DNA of 64,000 nucleotides from an uncultured Alphaproteobacteria bacterium (GTDB taxonomy: Bacteria > Pseudomonadota > Alphaproteobacteria > Rs-D84). The position numbers and the translations under genes were made by a program. The stretch's first letter is position 1. The number at the start of each line of letters is the position of its first letter. Below the pieces are notes generated by a model. The model worked only from the letters and a program-made list of their open reading frames with translations, made no database searches and was not told the DNA's origin. The stretch is taken from positions 11,406 through 75,405 of the forward strand of contig CALXMA010000002.1 in the NCBI GenBank assembly GCA_944389345.1, given 5' to 3'. Of the stretch, positions 1 through 9,743 are shown piece after piece.

Positions 1-18
1 GTTTAATATTTCTTGTGG

Positions 19-867
19 TTATATTGTGAAATCTGTTTTGGCGTGGAATTGGCCACCATGCGGTCCACATGGGCGTATCGGTGTCGGTATTGCGCATATC
101 GCGCCCGCAACCGCATCCAATCCGTCGTCGTGTGTTGTACCACCCATTGGTGTCCAACCCAACATTTCTGAAATCAGTGGTGTGGACCGAACCCGTTGAT
201 GCGCGTACAGGCGTCCCGACGTTAACAGTGGTTCCAGTGCATCCAAAATTCTGGTTTCTTTGTTTTTAGTGTTTGTCGTTTTCTGGACGGATATGCGCAT
301 ATTATGGCGCGACGATACGTCCCGCATAATTTCAGGTAATGCGTTCCCCATACCATTGGTTTCTATGTATATGCGACGCAGGCAATGACGTGATAAAAAT
401 TCCAACACCATTTCACACTGGTGCGCCAATGGATACAGTTCTGAATCCGATACAACCATGTACATAACATCGTGAATAAAAACACGTCTGGTTTTGTCGT
501 CGCGGTATATTAATACGCACACACTGGCATCAGAATTTTTACGACCAGATGACGGGTCCCAATATACCGTTGCGCCCGTAATATCCCAATTGTCCACACG
601 GGCCACAGTATGCACAAAATCGCCATCGTACAAATGCAACGCACCCGGGTCCAGACGTACCCGTTCCGGCGCAATGTATTCCAGCATCATTTGCGCAGAA
701 AAGCACCGCGTACCAACGGTTTGGCGCAGTTCTTCTATGCGTGATAACGGGAATTTTTCTGGCCATGTGGGTGTGCCGTCTGGGGAAATTATGGGCATCT
801 TTAACTGGCGATATCCGCACAAAAAAGGCGTTGAAAATTTGAAATTTTTATATACTATATCTGACAT
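19..867 (-). pseudogene. Terminase large subunit, C-terminal RNase H-like nuclease half only (gene split by insertion)
   Basis: Motifs seen are WPEKFPLSRIEELRQTVGTRCFSAQMMLEY, ATVYWDPSSG, RIYIETNGMG and THDDGLDAVAGAI. There is no ATPase domain. The possible restart ATGs at 867 and 798 have no convincing SD. Confidence 0.7.
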
Positions 868-2434
868 GGACTTTACCCCAAAAACTTTGCCCACAAATCT
901 GGAAGCGGAACAGGCCGTATTGGCCGCGGTTCTGATGAACAACCGCGCGTTGGAACGTATATCTGAATTTTTAAGGCCTGAACATTTTTACCACCCCGCA
1001 CACCAGGAAATTTACAAGTTGGCAGAACGACAATTTTCTGCGGGAATTCCATTCGATATTATTACCGCCAAAAATTATCTGGAACAGCAAGGCGTCCTGG
1101 AATCTGTGGGCGGTGTTGATTACCTGACACAATTGGCCAATGCCGGTGCAACCGTCGTTAATGTCGAAGAATATGGTCGCATCGTTTATGATAATGCCAT
1201 GCGTCGCGAATTAATAAACCTGGGCCAGTCTATTATGGACGACGCATTCGTCGAAGACCTGGACAAACCCGTGTCCGCACAAATAGAAGTCGCAGAACAA
1301 AAACTGTTCGAAATGGCGTCGTCTGGTGTTTCTGAACGCGAAGTGTCATCCATCGCAACCGCATTGAACAGCGCATTGAAAGAGGCGGAAATCGCGTACA
1401 AGGCCGACGGAAAGTTGTCTGGGTTGACCACGGGTCTGACCGCGTTGGACAAATCTATCAGTGGTCTGCATCATTCCGATTTGATAATTATCGCCGGACG
1501 TCCCGCGATGGGAAAAACGACACTGGCAATGAATATCGCATTTAATGCCGCCAATGCAATTCTGTATGGGCGGGCAAATGAACGGTACAAGGGCGCGGTC
1601 GTGTTTTTCAGTTTGGAAATGTCCGCATCACAGTTGGCCGCGCGCGTACTGTCTTCGCAGTCCAAGGTGCCGGCATCCGCCATGCGCGAAGGTTCGTTGA
1701 CAGACGAAGATTTCTTGAAACTGTCCCAATATTCTGATGCCATCAGCAAGGTACCGTTGTTTATCGATGATACACCGGGTATGTCTGTGCCGATGATACG
1801 CACACGCGCACGACGTCTGGCGCGGAAATGTGGCGGGATTGCATTGATTGTTATTGACTATCTGCAACTGATGACGTCGCCGGGCGGAAAAAACCGCGAC
1901 AATCGTGTCCAGGAAATTTCCGAAATTACACGTGGTCTGAAAATGCTGGCCAAGGAATTAGATGTGCCGGTCATCGCCCTGTCCCAGTTGTCGCGCAGTG
2001 TGGAATCACGTGATGATAAACGCCCACAATTGTCGGATTTGCGTGAATCTGGGTCTATTGAACAGGACGCCGATATTGTTATGTTTACGTATCGCGAAGA
2101 ATACTATCTGGACAATCGTGATCCATCACAACGCATTTCGGGTAATACCAACGAAAAAATTATGGAAAGTTATCAAAAACGTCTGGAACGCGCACGGGGC
2201 AAGGCCGATGTTATAATTGGTAAAAACCGTCATGGTCGACCGGAAACCGTCAAAATGGCATTCTTTGGCGAATACAGTTTGTTCGATAACCTGGACGAAA
2301 TGGCCGCACGTGGCGAAAATCCGTTCGATGCACAATCGGGTGGCGCCCAGATGGATGTTGCGCCGATGGATGATTCTGGGTATGCAACAGAATCTATTAA
2401 CGTCGATGATATTCCCGACGATATGCCGTTGTAG
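866..2434 (+). CDS. dnaB: Replicative DNA helicase DnaB
   Basis: Motifs seen are LPTNLEAEQAVLAAVL (N-domain), Walker A GRPAMGKTT, SLEMS, Walker B VIDYLQLM and GKNRHGRP, plus an acidic C-terminal tail. An alternative ATG at 791 has a GGGGAA SD. The track ORF start at 494 is an antisense-overlap extension. Confidence 0.9.
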   Translation: MDFTPKTLPTNLEAEQAVLAAVLMNNRALERISEFLRPEHFYHPAHQEIYKLAERQFSAGIPFDIITAKNYLEQQGVLESVGGVDYLTQLANAGATVVNVEEYGRIVYDNAMRRELINLGQSIMDDAFVEDLDKPVSAQIEVAEQKLFEMASSGVSEREVSSIATALNSALKEAEIAYKADGKLSGLTTGLTALDKSISGLHHSDLIIIAGRPAMGKTTLAMNIAFNAANAILYGRANERYKGAVVFFSLEMSASQLAARVLSSQSKVPASAMREGSLTDEDFLKLSQYSDAISKVPLFIDDTPGMSVPMIRTRARRLARKCGGIALIVIDYLQLMTSPGGKNRDNRVQEISEITRGLKMLAKELDVPVIALSQLSRSVESRDDKRPQLSDLRESGSIEQDADIVMFTYREEYYLDNRDPSQRISGNTNEKIMESYQKRLERARGKADVIIGKNRHGRPETVKMAFFGEYSLFDNLDEMAARGENPFDAQSGGAQMDVAPMDDSGYATESINVDDIPDDMPL

Positions 2435-2501
2435 CATTTTCTGCTTGCCATACTCGTAAAAATTGACTAATATTTTGTCAAGAAATTCAAGGAGATTTAC
2501 G

Positions 2502-3509
2502 ATGGCGCAAGAAGAAATTATTTTCCCAAACAATATCAGAAATATTCGTCTGGCCAATGGAATGAAAATGACAGAACTGGCGCGTCAGGCTAACTTGTCG
2601 CTGTCGGCGGTTTCCAAAATTGAAAAAGGCGTGCGTCGTCTGAACCAAAAACAATTACTGAACATCTGTAATATTTTGGGATGCAAACTGTCCGACATTT
2701 TTATCAAAGAATCTGACGAAGTGGCCGGTCAATGGCAAAATGAAATCAAACGCAGATTGTCTGATAACGAAAACAGCGGACTGAAAATTTTTGGCAGTGG
2801 GTTGCGTAAAATCCGTCAACATTCTGGGAAAACTATCGCCCAGGCCGCCCGTGATGCCGGTATGACGCTGTCTGTGTATCACAAGATAGAAGTTGGCCAA
2901 CGCGAAGTTTACCAGGACGAAATCGAACAATTGGCGAAATCTTTTGGATATACAGAAGACGCATTGTTTAACAAAATCGCAACACTGTACAAATCCGGCG
3001 AATTAACAAAGCAAATTGACAAGGTCAAAGAACGCGTCAAATCTGTGTTGGTGCCGGGGAATCCACTGTCGGGCATGGATATGCACAGCAGTTTATATGG
3101 CGCAAAATTATACGACAGCGCACGAAAAAAACTGGTGCCGGTGTTCGGTGTGCCGTCTGGCAAGGCAATCGCATTCAAAAAATCTGATAAAACCATGATT
3201 GTCGCACCAATGCCACTGGAAGGTCATAAAAGCATTTATGCCGTTATTCCTAACTCTAAGCGGTTGGGTGGTTTTATCCCTGAAAAATCTTATGTCTTTG
3301 CCGATGCCGATACGCCCGCACGTGTTGGGGATTTGGCCGTGTGCATAGATTCTGATTTCGAATCTATGGATGATAACGCGTCCGCAATGGCCCAGATTGT
3401 CAGCGTACGCCAAGATTCCAAGGGCAAGGTTTACGGACAAATTTCATCACCCGAAGAAAAAATTATCGGCCAAACAATGCATAAAATTGTTATGATTGTT
3501 ATGGAATAA
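2502..3509 (+). CDS. Regulator with two tandem Cro/CI-type HTH domains and a C-terminal LexA/CI (S24)-like domain
   Basis: Two HTH repeats are present (MTELARQANLSLSAVSKIEKG and IAQAARDAGMTLSVYHKIEVG). The SD AAGGAG lies 8 nt upstream of the ATG at 2502. The C-terminal beta-rich domain (VGDLAVCID...) resembles the S24 fold, but I could not confirm the catalytic dyad. Confidence 0.6.
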   Translation: MAQEEIIFPNNIRNIRLANGMKMTELARQANLSLSAVSKIEKGVRRLNQKQLLNICNILGCKLSDIFIKESDEVAGQWQNEIKRRLSDNENSGLKIFGSGLRKIRQHSGKTIAQAARDAGMTLSVYHKIEVGQREVYQDEIEQLAKSFGYTEDALFNKIATLYKSGELTKQIDKVKERVKSVLVPGNPLSGMDMHSSLYGAKLYDSARKKLVPVFGVPSGKAIAFKKSDKTMIVAPMPLEGHKSIYAVIPNSKRLGGFIPEKSYVFADADTPARVGDLAVCIDSDFESMDDNASAMAQIVSVRQDSKGKVYGQISSPEEKIIGQTMHKIVMIVME

Positions 3510-3533
3510 TCCGCAACAGAGAGGGAGTGAACA

Positions 3534-4193
3534 ATGAAGGCACGCGCCAGCACAGTTGCACAAAAACTGTTAAACCTGTATCGCCAAGAACACGTTATTT
3601 TTGGCGGTTGGGCCGCCGTGAACCAGGTATTCGTTGACGAAGCAACACCGGATGTTCTGCGCGAATTACGCGATTTACCCACGGGAAAAAATCTGATACG
3701 GCACATCGAAAACCTGCGCAGTGGAAAAACGCCGATGGATTCTATTGAACGCGAACTGTTGCCATATGGCGGAATGATGACAGAAACCGTCGCGACCGTG
3801 CCGTTAACCCCAGAAGAATGGCAAGAACTGGAACAAGGTATCGAAAATTTTACAACAGACCAAGATGGTCTGGACAAAATTCAGCAGTTGTCTGTTATTA
3901 AAAAATTCGGCGACCAGTGGTTGGTGGCTATTCGTTCCGCCCTGGCCCAGCGACCCGATTTGATGGATAAATGGTCCATCGTTAACAAAACGTATCGCGC
4001 GTATTATCTGTGGAAGGTTGCCAGCGACATGTTAAATCAACCATTGTCTGAACGTGCACGCGCACAATTACAGGCGGACATGCCAGAATACGAAACATAT
4101 TTGCCTATGTTCGGCGACCAGGGTACAGAATTACTGAACCATTTGCGCGATGCAATTACAACAATGCGTCCAGATGACGAAACTGATGCATAG
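3534..4193 (+). CDS. Hypothetical protein (219 aa), last gene of the dnaB cassette
   Basis: The ORF has an AGAGGGAG SD and follows the regulator gene by 24 nt. I recognise no family. Confidence 0.5.
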   Translation: MKARASTVAQKLLNLYRQEHVIFGGWAAVNQVFVDEATPDVLRELRDLPTGKNLIRHIENLRSGKTPMDSIERELLPYGGMMTETVATVPLTPEEWQELEQGIENFTTDQDGLDKIQQLSVIKKFGDQWLVAIRSALAQRPDLMDKWSIVNKTYRAYYLWKVASDMLNQPLSERARAQLQADMPEYETYLPMFGDQGTELLNHLRDAITTMRPDDETDA

Positions 4194-4196
4194 CAA

Positions 4197-4820
4197 TCAA
4201 TCCGTGGTACGGTATATCGTGTCCAATGTATGCGGTGTGCCGATATAAATCATTGTACCCGTTGGCGACAAGATAAAATCCAGTTCCCGTAATCGTTCCC
4301 GCAATGCCGTACGTTTTTGTGCGGTGTTGCTGGTATTTGGGACCTCTACGTCATCACATATAATTAAATCTGCACGCATACCGGTTATGTTTCCGTGTAC
4401 ACCCTGGCATATAACAGACGGTTCACGAATACCAATTGGACGTTTTACTGTTATACAATCGTGGGCCCATTCTTTTTTTGTGGTCGGGACCAAATCGGTG
4501 CACATCGGATGATTTTCCAAAATATGCCTGACGTGGGCAACCATGCGCGACGCCAGGTTTGATTCCGCCGACAATACCAATATACGTGTTTCTGGGTGCA
4601 AACGTAATACGCACGCAACAAATATTCCAACAACTGTTGATTTACCAGAATGACGAAACGCCTGTAACAGACCACGATGTGGCGGTGTGGTCAGAACAGA
4701 CACTAAAAATTCCATAATTTTCCGATGGTGTTCGGGTGTCGTCAACCCCAGCACGTCATTCCACGCGTCCATAAATTCATAAAACGCCGTAATCATCGCG
4801 ATTTTCGTTTGGGGCAACAT
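4197..4820 (-). pseudogene. Terminase large subunit, N-terminal ATPase half only
   Basis: Motifs seen are a deviant Walker A (FRHSGKST), Walker B (ADLIICDDVE) and the coupling motif IYIGTPHT. It terminates at ...DTIYRTTD, 3 nt from the converging plus-strand gene's stop codon. Confidence 0.75.
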
Positions 4821-5325
4821 CTGTTATCAGACCATAATCGTTTATCAAATTTGGCAACGCCCCATTCAATACAGATACCAGATTATTATACAGCCCCAAT
4901 GCACCGCCACCCGTCGTTTTGTCTTGGATTAATTCCAACGCGTATTCGATTTCTTGCTTAATCGTGTCATGCGTGTTTGCCCATTCTGCTAAATCCAAAT
5001 CAACACCACGCAAATCAGAAAATGCCGACAATAAAAAATTAAAGTCTGAATTCAGACATTCTGGATCTATTTCCGCCGTCGGCTGATAATCTATGACGCG
5101 GTTAAGTGCAATTTGCCGAAAGATATCCATACGTACCCCAGATGCAGGCGCACTGTTTAACAATACCGACCCACCCGTAAAATCAGAATTCGGAAATACC
5201 GTATACTGTTCAGGCGAAATCACCGTATCGTCCAACGCAATGCGAACATCGGCATTTTGAAAAAACGGAAACACAAAATTATAACTTTGCGTTTCGCCAT
5301 CACAAATATATGTTATTTTGTACAT
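4777..5325 (-). CDS. Tail-fiber N-terminal (tail-attachment) domain-like protein, apparently truncated
   Basis: The N-terminus YKITYICDGETQSYNFVFPFFQNADVRIALDDTVISPEQYTV matches the T7 gp17-type N-domain pattern. It is only 182 aa and overlaps the TerL-N start by 44 nt. Confidence 0.5.
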   Translation of the reverse strand: MYKITYICDGETQSYNFVFPFFQNADVRIALDDTVISPEQYTVFPNSDFTGGSVLLNSAPASGVRMDIFRQIALNRVIDYQPTAEIDPECLNSDFNFLLSAFSDLRGVDLDLAEWANTHDTIKQEIEYALELIQDKTTGGGALGLYNNLVSVLNGALPNLINDYGLITDVAPNENRDDYGVL

Positions 5326-5345
5326 TGTTTTATTCCCCTTTTTTT

Positions 5346-5693
5346 TTAGCCCAACAAATCGTCAAATCTGTTCAACAATGTTTGCAATAAATTTGGACGC
5401 TGGGCACGGGTTTGCTTTAATTTTTCCAGATTAGATTTGCGACGCTGGTCATATGGCTGGGCCGTTTCTGATTTTAATCTGCGCAATACGGCGCCGGTAC
5501 TGGTACTGCGTCCGGACGCACCAGACGCACCATATTTTGCACGCTGGGTCGCCAATGTTTGTTTTATTAAATTACGTTTTTCTTTTTCATCGTCTGCCAT
5601 TTCCGCCAGAATTTTTTGGCGTTCGTTTTCGGCACTGCGTTTATTATCTTTATAATCTAATACTGTTTTTACATCAGACACAAGTTGTCCCAT
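5346..5693 (-). CDS. Hypothetical charged phage protein (115 aa)
   Basis: The ORF sits in the phage late block and is Lys/Arg/Glu-rich. I recognise no family. Confidence 0.4.
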   Translation of the reverse strand: MGQLVSDVKTVLDYKDNKRSAENERQKILAEMADDEKEKRNLIKQTLATQRAKYGASGASGRSTSTGAVLRRLKSETAQPYDQRRKSNLEKLKQTRAQRPNLLQTLLNRFDDLLG

Positions 5694-5726
5694 TTTCTTT
5701 TCCCCCTTGGTTTATGTTATTCGAAC

Positions 5727-7445
5727 CTAGACCGTGTAATATCCGTATGTGCATACAGACAATATCGTCGTTGGCAATTGTTCATTGCTGGAAATTTCCC
5801 ATGGCGACGTTATACTGTTGCGACGTTTTCCCAATATATTCACAGAAACATCACCGCTGTATCCGGGACTGGATTGGCCGTATATTTCATTCGGGAATAC
5901 CACGCGCATACCATTTATGTACAGCGTTTTTGTGTTCAGTACCCGAACAGATACTTTTCTGACCCGGGCCAAACGCGCATTATGCCCTGACACGCGCAAT
6001 GGCAACGCAACCGCAGTGTATGCGAAACTGTATTCGCCCGCATCCAATGTCGTATCCGCAGAAAATTTTTCCAGGCAATATTCATCCCCGCGCAAAACAA
6101 CAACGTATGTTTCATTATCTATGGTCGCAACAGATGTAAATTTGCCATGCGTCGTATATCGTGCCCACCCAGATATCCCCAAACTGGAATTCTGGTTCAA
6201 TGTCGCCATTTGCCCGTCTGACATCACAACGTACAATCTGTGTGCACGTTCGTTATATGATATATCCACAGGATCGCACATTAAATGTTTTGCCTGGGGA
6301 CACAAATCACGCGCGTTATAATTTTCACCCAATGCGTCCAGGCTTAGTTCACGTATATCAGTGCGGGTGGCAGAAATAAATGCTGTGGCGCCTTCGATTT
6401 TCTGGCACGGCAGATAGCGGGCGGATACACTGCCCACGGATGTGTGTTGTTTTATGTCCACAGACGACGGGGTTAATGGTTTACTGGAAATCGCCCATTC
6501 GCCCGCGTTTGTTAGAATCTGTAAATTATCACTGCTGACCAGGGTGCAAATTTGTTGGCGCGTCTGTGATAATAATGTTATTGATATCGCTTCGTCATCC
6601 AGACCAGTGCCAGAATCAAAATTGTTATGACGTCCAACCTGGGACAGCCACAACCCACCCGGCCATGAACGCGTCCCACCAAACACCAGTCTGTCTTGGT
6701 GAAATGTTATACTGCGTGGCCAACCGCGACGTTTACTGAACGCGGATTCATACCATTCTGATACGGGTTCGTCCGGCAAATCGTATCCGCCATTCACGTA
6801 TGCGTATACCACGCGCGGACTGATGTACTGGGTGATGGTCCACTGTTTACCCAATATTTGCAGGCGACCATCTATGCAATCTGATGTCCAAAAATCTGCG
6901 TCTGTGGTCAATGTGGCGGTATTCGGGCCGGACGCATTTGTTGTTATTGTGATTTTTATACCGTCTGAATCATCGAAACGCATGAACGGCATTCGCAAAG
7001 ACATATCCGTATCATTACGAGAAAACGCAAATTCCACCAGTTCAAATCCTGAACCCGTTTTTCTTAATACCTGGGGCGGATAATCAGAATGCACAAAAAT
7101 CATGGTGCCAAAGCGTTGAGCATACTGAACCTGGGCCAGGTCCGAGAGTTTCCATGGCGTTATCAATAAATATGTCGATTCTTGGCCCGGCGCATAGATG
7201 CGCATACTGTAATCCATCAATATCAACAAATAGTTATGCGTGTCATCAACCGAAAACGGTACCAGGCGCGCATTCGACGGCAATGTCGATACAGATGACA
7301 ATCCGTCACGGCGTGTTAACCCACCCCCGGGGGTAATATCCATATTTTCCAAACGCGCCAAGCCATTCAAATTATCGCGTGCAAAAAATTCTGGGGATAC
7401 TTCGCCGTCGGCAAAAGAGTTTTGGGTTTTGATAAAATCTGACAT
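5727..7445 (-). CDS. Tail tubular protein B-like (T7 gp12-like)
   Basis: The N-terminus is GEVSPEFFARDNLNGLARLENMDITPGGGLTRRDG and an internal segment reads HQDRLVFGGTRSWPGGLWLSQVGRHNNFD, analogous to T7 gp12 NRLGFLSGENIILSRTAKYFNF. It lies directly downstream of the tubular A-like gene. Confidence 0.65.
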   Translation of the reverse strand: MSDFIKTQNSFADGEVSPEFFARDNLNGLARLENMDITPGGGLTRRDGLSSVSTLPSNARLVPFSVDDTHNYLLILMDYSMRIYAPGQESTYLLITPWKLSDLAQVQYAQRFGTMIFVHSDYPPQVLRKTGSGFELVEFAFSRNDTDMSLRMPFMRFDDSDGIKITITTNASGPNTATLTTDADFWTSDCIDGRLQILGKQWTITQYISPRVVYAYVNGGYDLPDEPVSEWYESAFSKRRGWPRSITFHQDRLVFGGTRSWPGGLWLSQVGRHNNFDSGTGLDDEAISITLLSQTRQQICTLVSSDNLQILTNAGEWAISSKPLTPSSVDIKQHTSVGSVSARYLPCQKIEGATAFISATRTDIRELSLDALGENYNARDLCPQAKHLMCDPVDISYNERAHRLYVVMSDGQMATLNQNSSLGISGWARYTTHGKFTSVATIDNETYVVVLRGDEYCLEKFSADTTLDAGEYSFAYTAVALPLRVSGHNARLARVRKVSVRVLNTKTLYINGMRVVFPNEIYGQSSPGYSGDVSVNILGKRRNSITSPWEISSNEQLPTTILSVCTYGYYTV

Positions 7446-7460
7446 TGTTGGCCCCCAAAT

Positions 7461-7982
7461 TTAGAATCGTGCGTTAATTAATGAAAATGTTTCTATTCTG
7501 CTGTGGTTTGGCGCAGATGTACTGTCTATGAATTTAGCGGTTTGCAATTCTGTTTCGTACAGTGCCGCCAACATACTGAATATGTTTTGTTCACCAATTA
7601 ACGGGATACAAAATTCCATCGCCAGTTTCGATACCAATACGGGTATAAAATATTCTGGCAAAGATTCTGGTGGGACGCGCACAATCGACCGAATTGTAAT
7701 ACGGGTTGACGGCGCGTGAATTTTATCGCCGATTATATCGCCCGGCGCCTGTATCACCCGCAGGCATTCCGATGGTATTTGAAATTCGCCATCCGCATTT
7801 TTTATTAAATCTGTATCGCGACATGCAAAACGCCATGGGTGTACACACAATAACGCATCCAATATCGCATCAAATAATGTACGGGCCAACTGGGCCGACG
7901 GAACATCTGCCATCAAAGATTGGATTGGTGATTCACCCAATTTTAACAGCGCCATAGAACATAAATCTATTTTTGTATACAT
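7461..7982 (-). CDS. Tail tubular protein A-like (T7 gp11-like)
   Basis: The pattern CSMALLKLGESPIQSL ... HPWRF ... LPEYFIPVLVSKLAMEF parallels T7 gp11 VNDILASIGEPPVSTL ... GWTF ... MPECFRYWIVTKASRQF. Confidence 0.6.
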   Translation of the reverse strand: MYTKIDLCSMALLKLGESPIQSLMADVPSAQLARTLFDAILDALLCVHPWRFACRDTDLIKNADGEFQIPSECLRVIQAPGDIIGDKIHAPSTRITIRSIVRVPPESLPEYFIPVLVSKLAMEFCIPLIGEQNIFSMLAALYETELQTAKFIDSTSAPNHSRIETFSLINARF

Positions 7983-8041
7983 TGCAAAATTCCCAAAATA
8001 AAAATGGGGTCGAATGACATCGACCCCAATATGTAAAACTA

Positions 8042-8269
8042 TTACGACAATGCAGAAACAGATACACTGTCGGCAACCTTGATTGTCTTGATAGCAGTAC
8101 TGTCAGACGCATTGATTATGACTATGTCGCCCGAATTCATCAGCGTAGATACACCATCAAAATATCCCGACGCAGTGATTGTCGTCATCGTTTCGTTCGC
8201 AGTATAGTGCCACAATGTAAACCCATTCGCATACGCAATTACAGACAAATTTTTATTTTGAAATGCCAT
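8042..8269 (-). CDS. Small hypothetical phage protein (75 aa) between the capsid and tail genes
   Basis: The ORF has matching position and orientation. I recognise no family. Confidence 0.4.
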   Translation of the reverse strand: MAFQNKNLSVIAYANGFTLWHYTANETMTTITASGYFDGVSTLMNSGDIVIINASDSTAIKTIKVADSVSVSALS

Positions 8270-8298
8270 TGTTATCCCCCGTTTAATGTTTAACGTGA

Positions 8299-9132
8299 TT
8301 AATTAGAACCATCTGTGTCTTTGCATTTAATGCGCACTATGCCGGCGTCATCAATCAAGACCGCACCCTGGGACATACTGTTGCTGATGAAATGCGCGGC
8401 GCGTTCGCCATGCCATGTGATGTCTGTTTTGACATCTTGGCCAGACGCATGACCGATACTGGTTGCGTGATACATAAAGCAATCACGCTGGGCCGTGGTC
8501 GCCGACGGTAAATCGTTATACAAAACCCATGTAATGCCCAACCATTTCTTGGATGCGCCACCGGAAATTAACGGCAATGAATCACCAACATAATCCGCAG
8601 ATATAAATTCTTCGATAGACAACAGTTCATTCCACTGGTGCACACCAACAACCGCAAATCTGCGCCCGTCATCAGGAACATCGTTTTCGTTCAATACCTG
8701 TAATGCAGACAAAATTAAGTCTTTGGTCAGACCGGTTGAATAATCGCCCACAGATGTCGTTGCATCAGACATCGCATCAACAATTAATTCATCTGTTTTA
8801 CGACCCAATGCATACGCCCCCGCAGACGCAACAACCTGGCGTTCATCAACGTTGGTCTTTAATTCGTCCAACGCGTCAACCCAATCACCGGCATAGTAAT
8901 CTTGCAAAACACATTCAACCGGTTCATGGTCCAGGTTCATTACCGGCACAATTCCATGACGCGATTTAGTACTGGCCATACCACGACCAACCTTTTGAAA
9001 CGTTGTGGACGCGCCGACAACACCCGTTTTACTGCGTACCGTAGAACGCAGTTTGGTGCCCATCTGTTGATATGCCAGATGAACGTCGGCTTCGAACTGT
9101 TTTATAAAAATGTTATCAACTGAAACAGACAT
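8299..9132 (-). CDS. Major capsid protein-like
   Basis: The start MSVSVDNIFIKQFEADVHLAYQQ... at ATG 9132 has an AAGGGG SD. It lies after the scaffold gene and before the tail-tube genes. The sequence pattern resembles podoviral HK97-fold coat proteins, but this assignment is from memory only. Confidence 0.6.
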   Translation of the reverse strand: MSVSVDNIFIKQFEADVHLAYQQMGTKLRSTVRSKTGVVGASTTFQKVGRGMASTKSRHGIVPVMNLDHEPVECVLQDYYAGDWVDALDELKTNVDERQVVASAGAYALGRKTDELIVDAMSDATTSVGDYSTGLTKDLILSALQVLNENDVPDDGRRFAVVGVHQWNELLSIEEFISADYVGDSLPLISGGASKKWLGITWVLYNDLPSATTAQRDCFMYHATSIGHASGQDVKTDITWHGERAAHFISNSMSQGAVLIDDAGIVRIKCKDTDGSN

Positions 9133-9310
9133 TATTTTCCCCTTGGTTATAAAAAACAAATGGCGCAATAAAAATTACGCCGAATTTTTTGCATGTGTGG
9201 TTATGCATTATTAAAAACGCGCCATACGCAAAAATGTATTTGGGTTCTGAATCAGAATTATCCAAAATAAAATATCCAGTCCGACAAAAAAATCAGACTG
9301 AAAATTTTAT

Positions 9311-9361
9311 AAAAAAAACCGACATAATGTCGGCCCAAAGAAAAACCCCGGAAACCCGGGG
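9311..9361 (-). terminator. Two tandem rho-independent terminators after the Lys/Ala-rich gene
   Basis: On the minus strand, the hairpin CCCCGG-GTTT-CCGGGG is followed by TTTTT, and then CCGAC-ATTAT-GTCGG is followed by TTTTTTTT. Confidence 0.65.
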
Positions 9362-9368
9362 AATTTTA

Positions 9369-9743
9369 TTATTTTTTCTTTGCACAAGCCTTTTTAGCAA
9401 CTGGCTTTTTTGCAACTGGTTTTTTCGCGGCGACTTTTTTTACCGCAACTTTTTTCGCGGGTGCCTTTTTTGCAACCGGCTTTTTCGCGGCAACTTTTTT
9501 CACTGCAACTTTTTTCGCAGGTGCTTTTTTTGCAACTGGTTTTTTCACTGCAACTTTTTTCACAGCGACTTTTTTCGCAGGTGCTTTTTTTGCAACTGGT
9601 TTTTTAGCGGCAACTTTTTTTGCAGGTGCCTTGGCCGCAACAGCCTTTTTCACGGCCGGTTTTTTTGCAACAGGTTTCGCCGCAGGTTTTGCAACCGGTT
9701 TTTTTGCAACGGGCTTTTTCGCAGCAAAGATTTTGAATGCCAT
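9369..9743 (-). CDS. Lys/Ala-rich histone H1-like (Hc1/AlgP-like) basic repeat protein
   Basis: The 124-aa protein is almost entirely (A/P/V)KK repeats, with three 20-aa units [19 protein letters not shown](A/V) from a 60-nt DNA period. It has a strong SD (AAAGGAGAG), a possible own promoter (TTTACT-N17-TAAAAT) and its own terminators. Confidence 0.7.
   Translation of the reverse strand: MAFKIFAAKKPVAKKPVAKPAAKPVAKKPAVKKAVAAKAPAKKVAAKKPVAKKAPAKKVAVKKVAVKKPVAKKAPAKKVAVKKVAAKKPVAKKAPAKKVAVKKVAAKKPVAKKPVAKKACAKKK

Noticed and set aside
494-865. The N-terminal 124-aa extension of the dnaB ORF in the supplied track.
   Set aside because: The extension is antisense to the TerL nuclease fragment and has no DnaB similarity. 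The conserved DnaB N-terminus begins just after the ATG at 866 (or possibly 791).
798-4215. The similar peptides at the two terminase break points (LDTIYRTTD versus SDIVYKNFK), considered as a target-site duplication.
   Set aside because: The underlying nucleotides are not conserved, so this is a weak amino-acid coincidence and not a direct repeat.
9400-9700. Regular tandem repeats that could be mistaken for a CRISPR array.
   Set aside because: The 60-nt period has no unique spacers. The repeats lie entirely within a coding sequence, and no cas genes are present.
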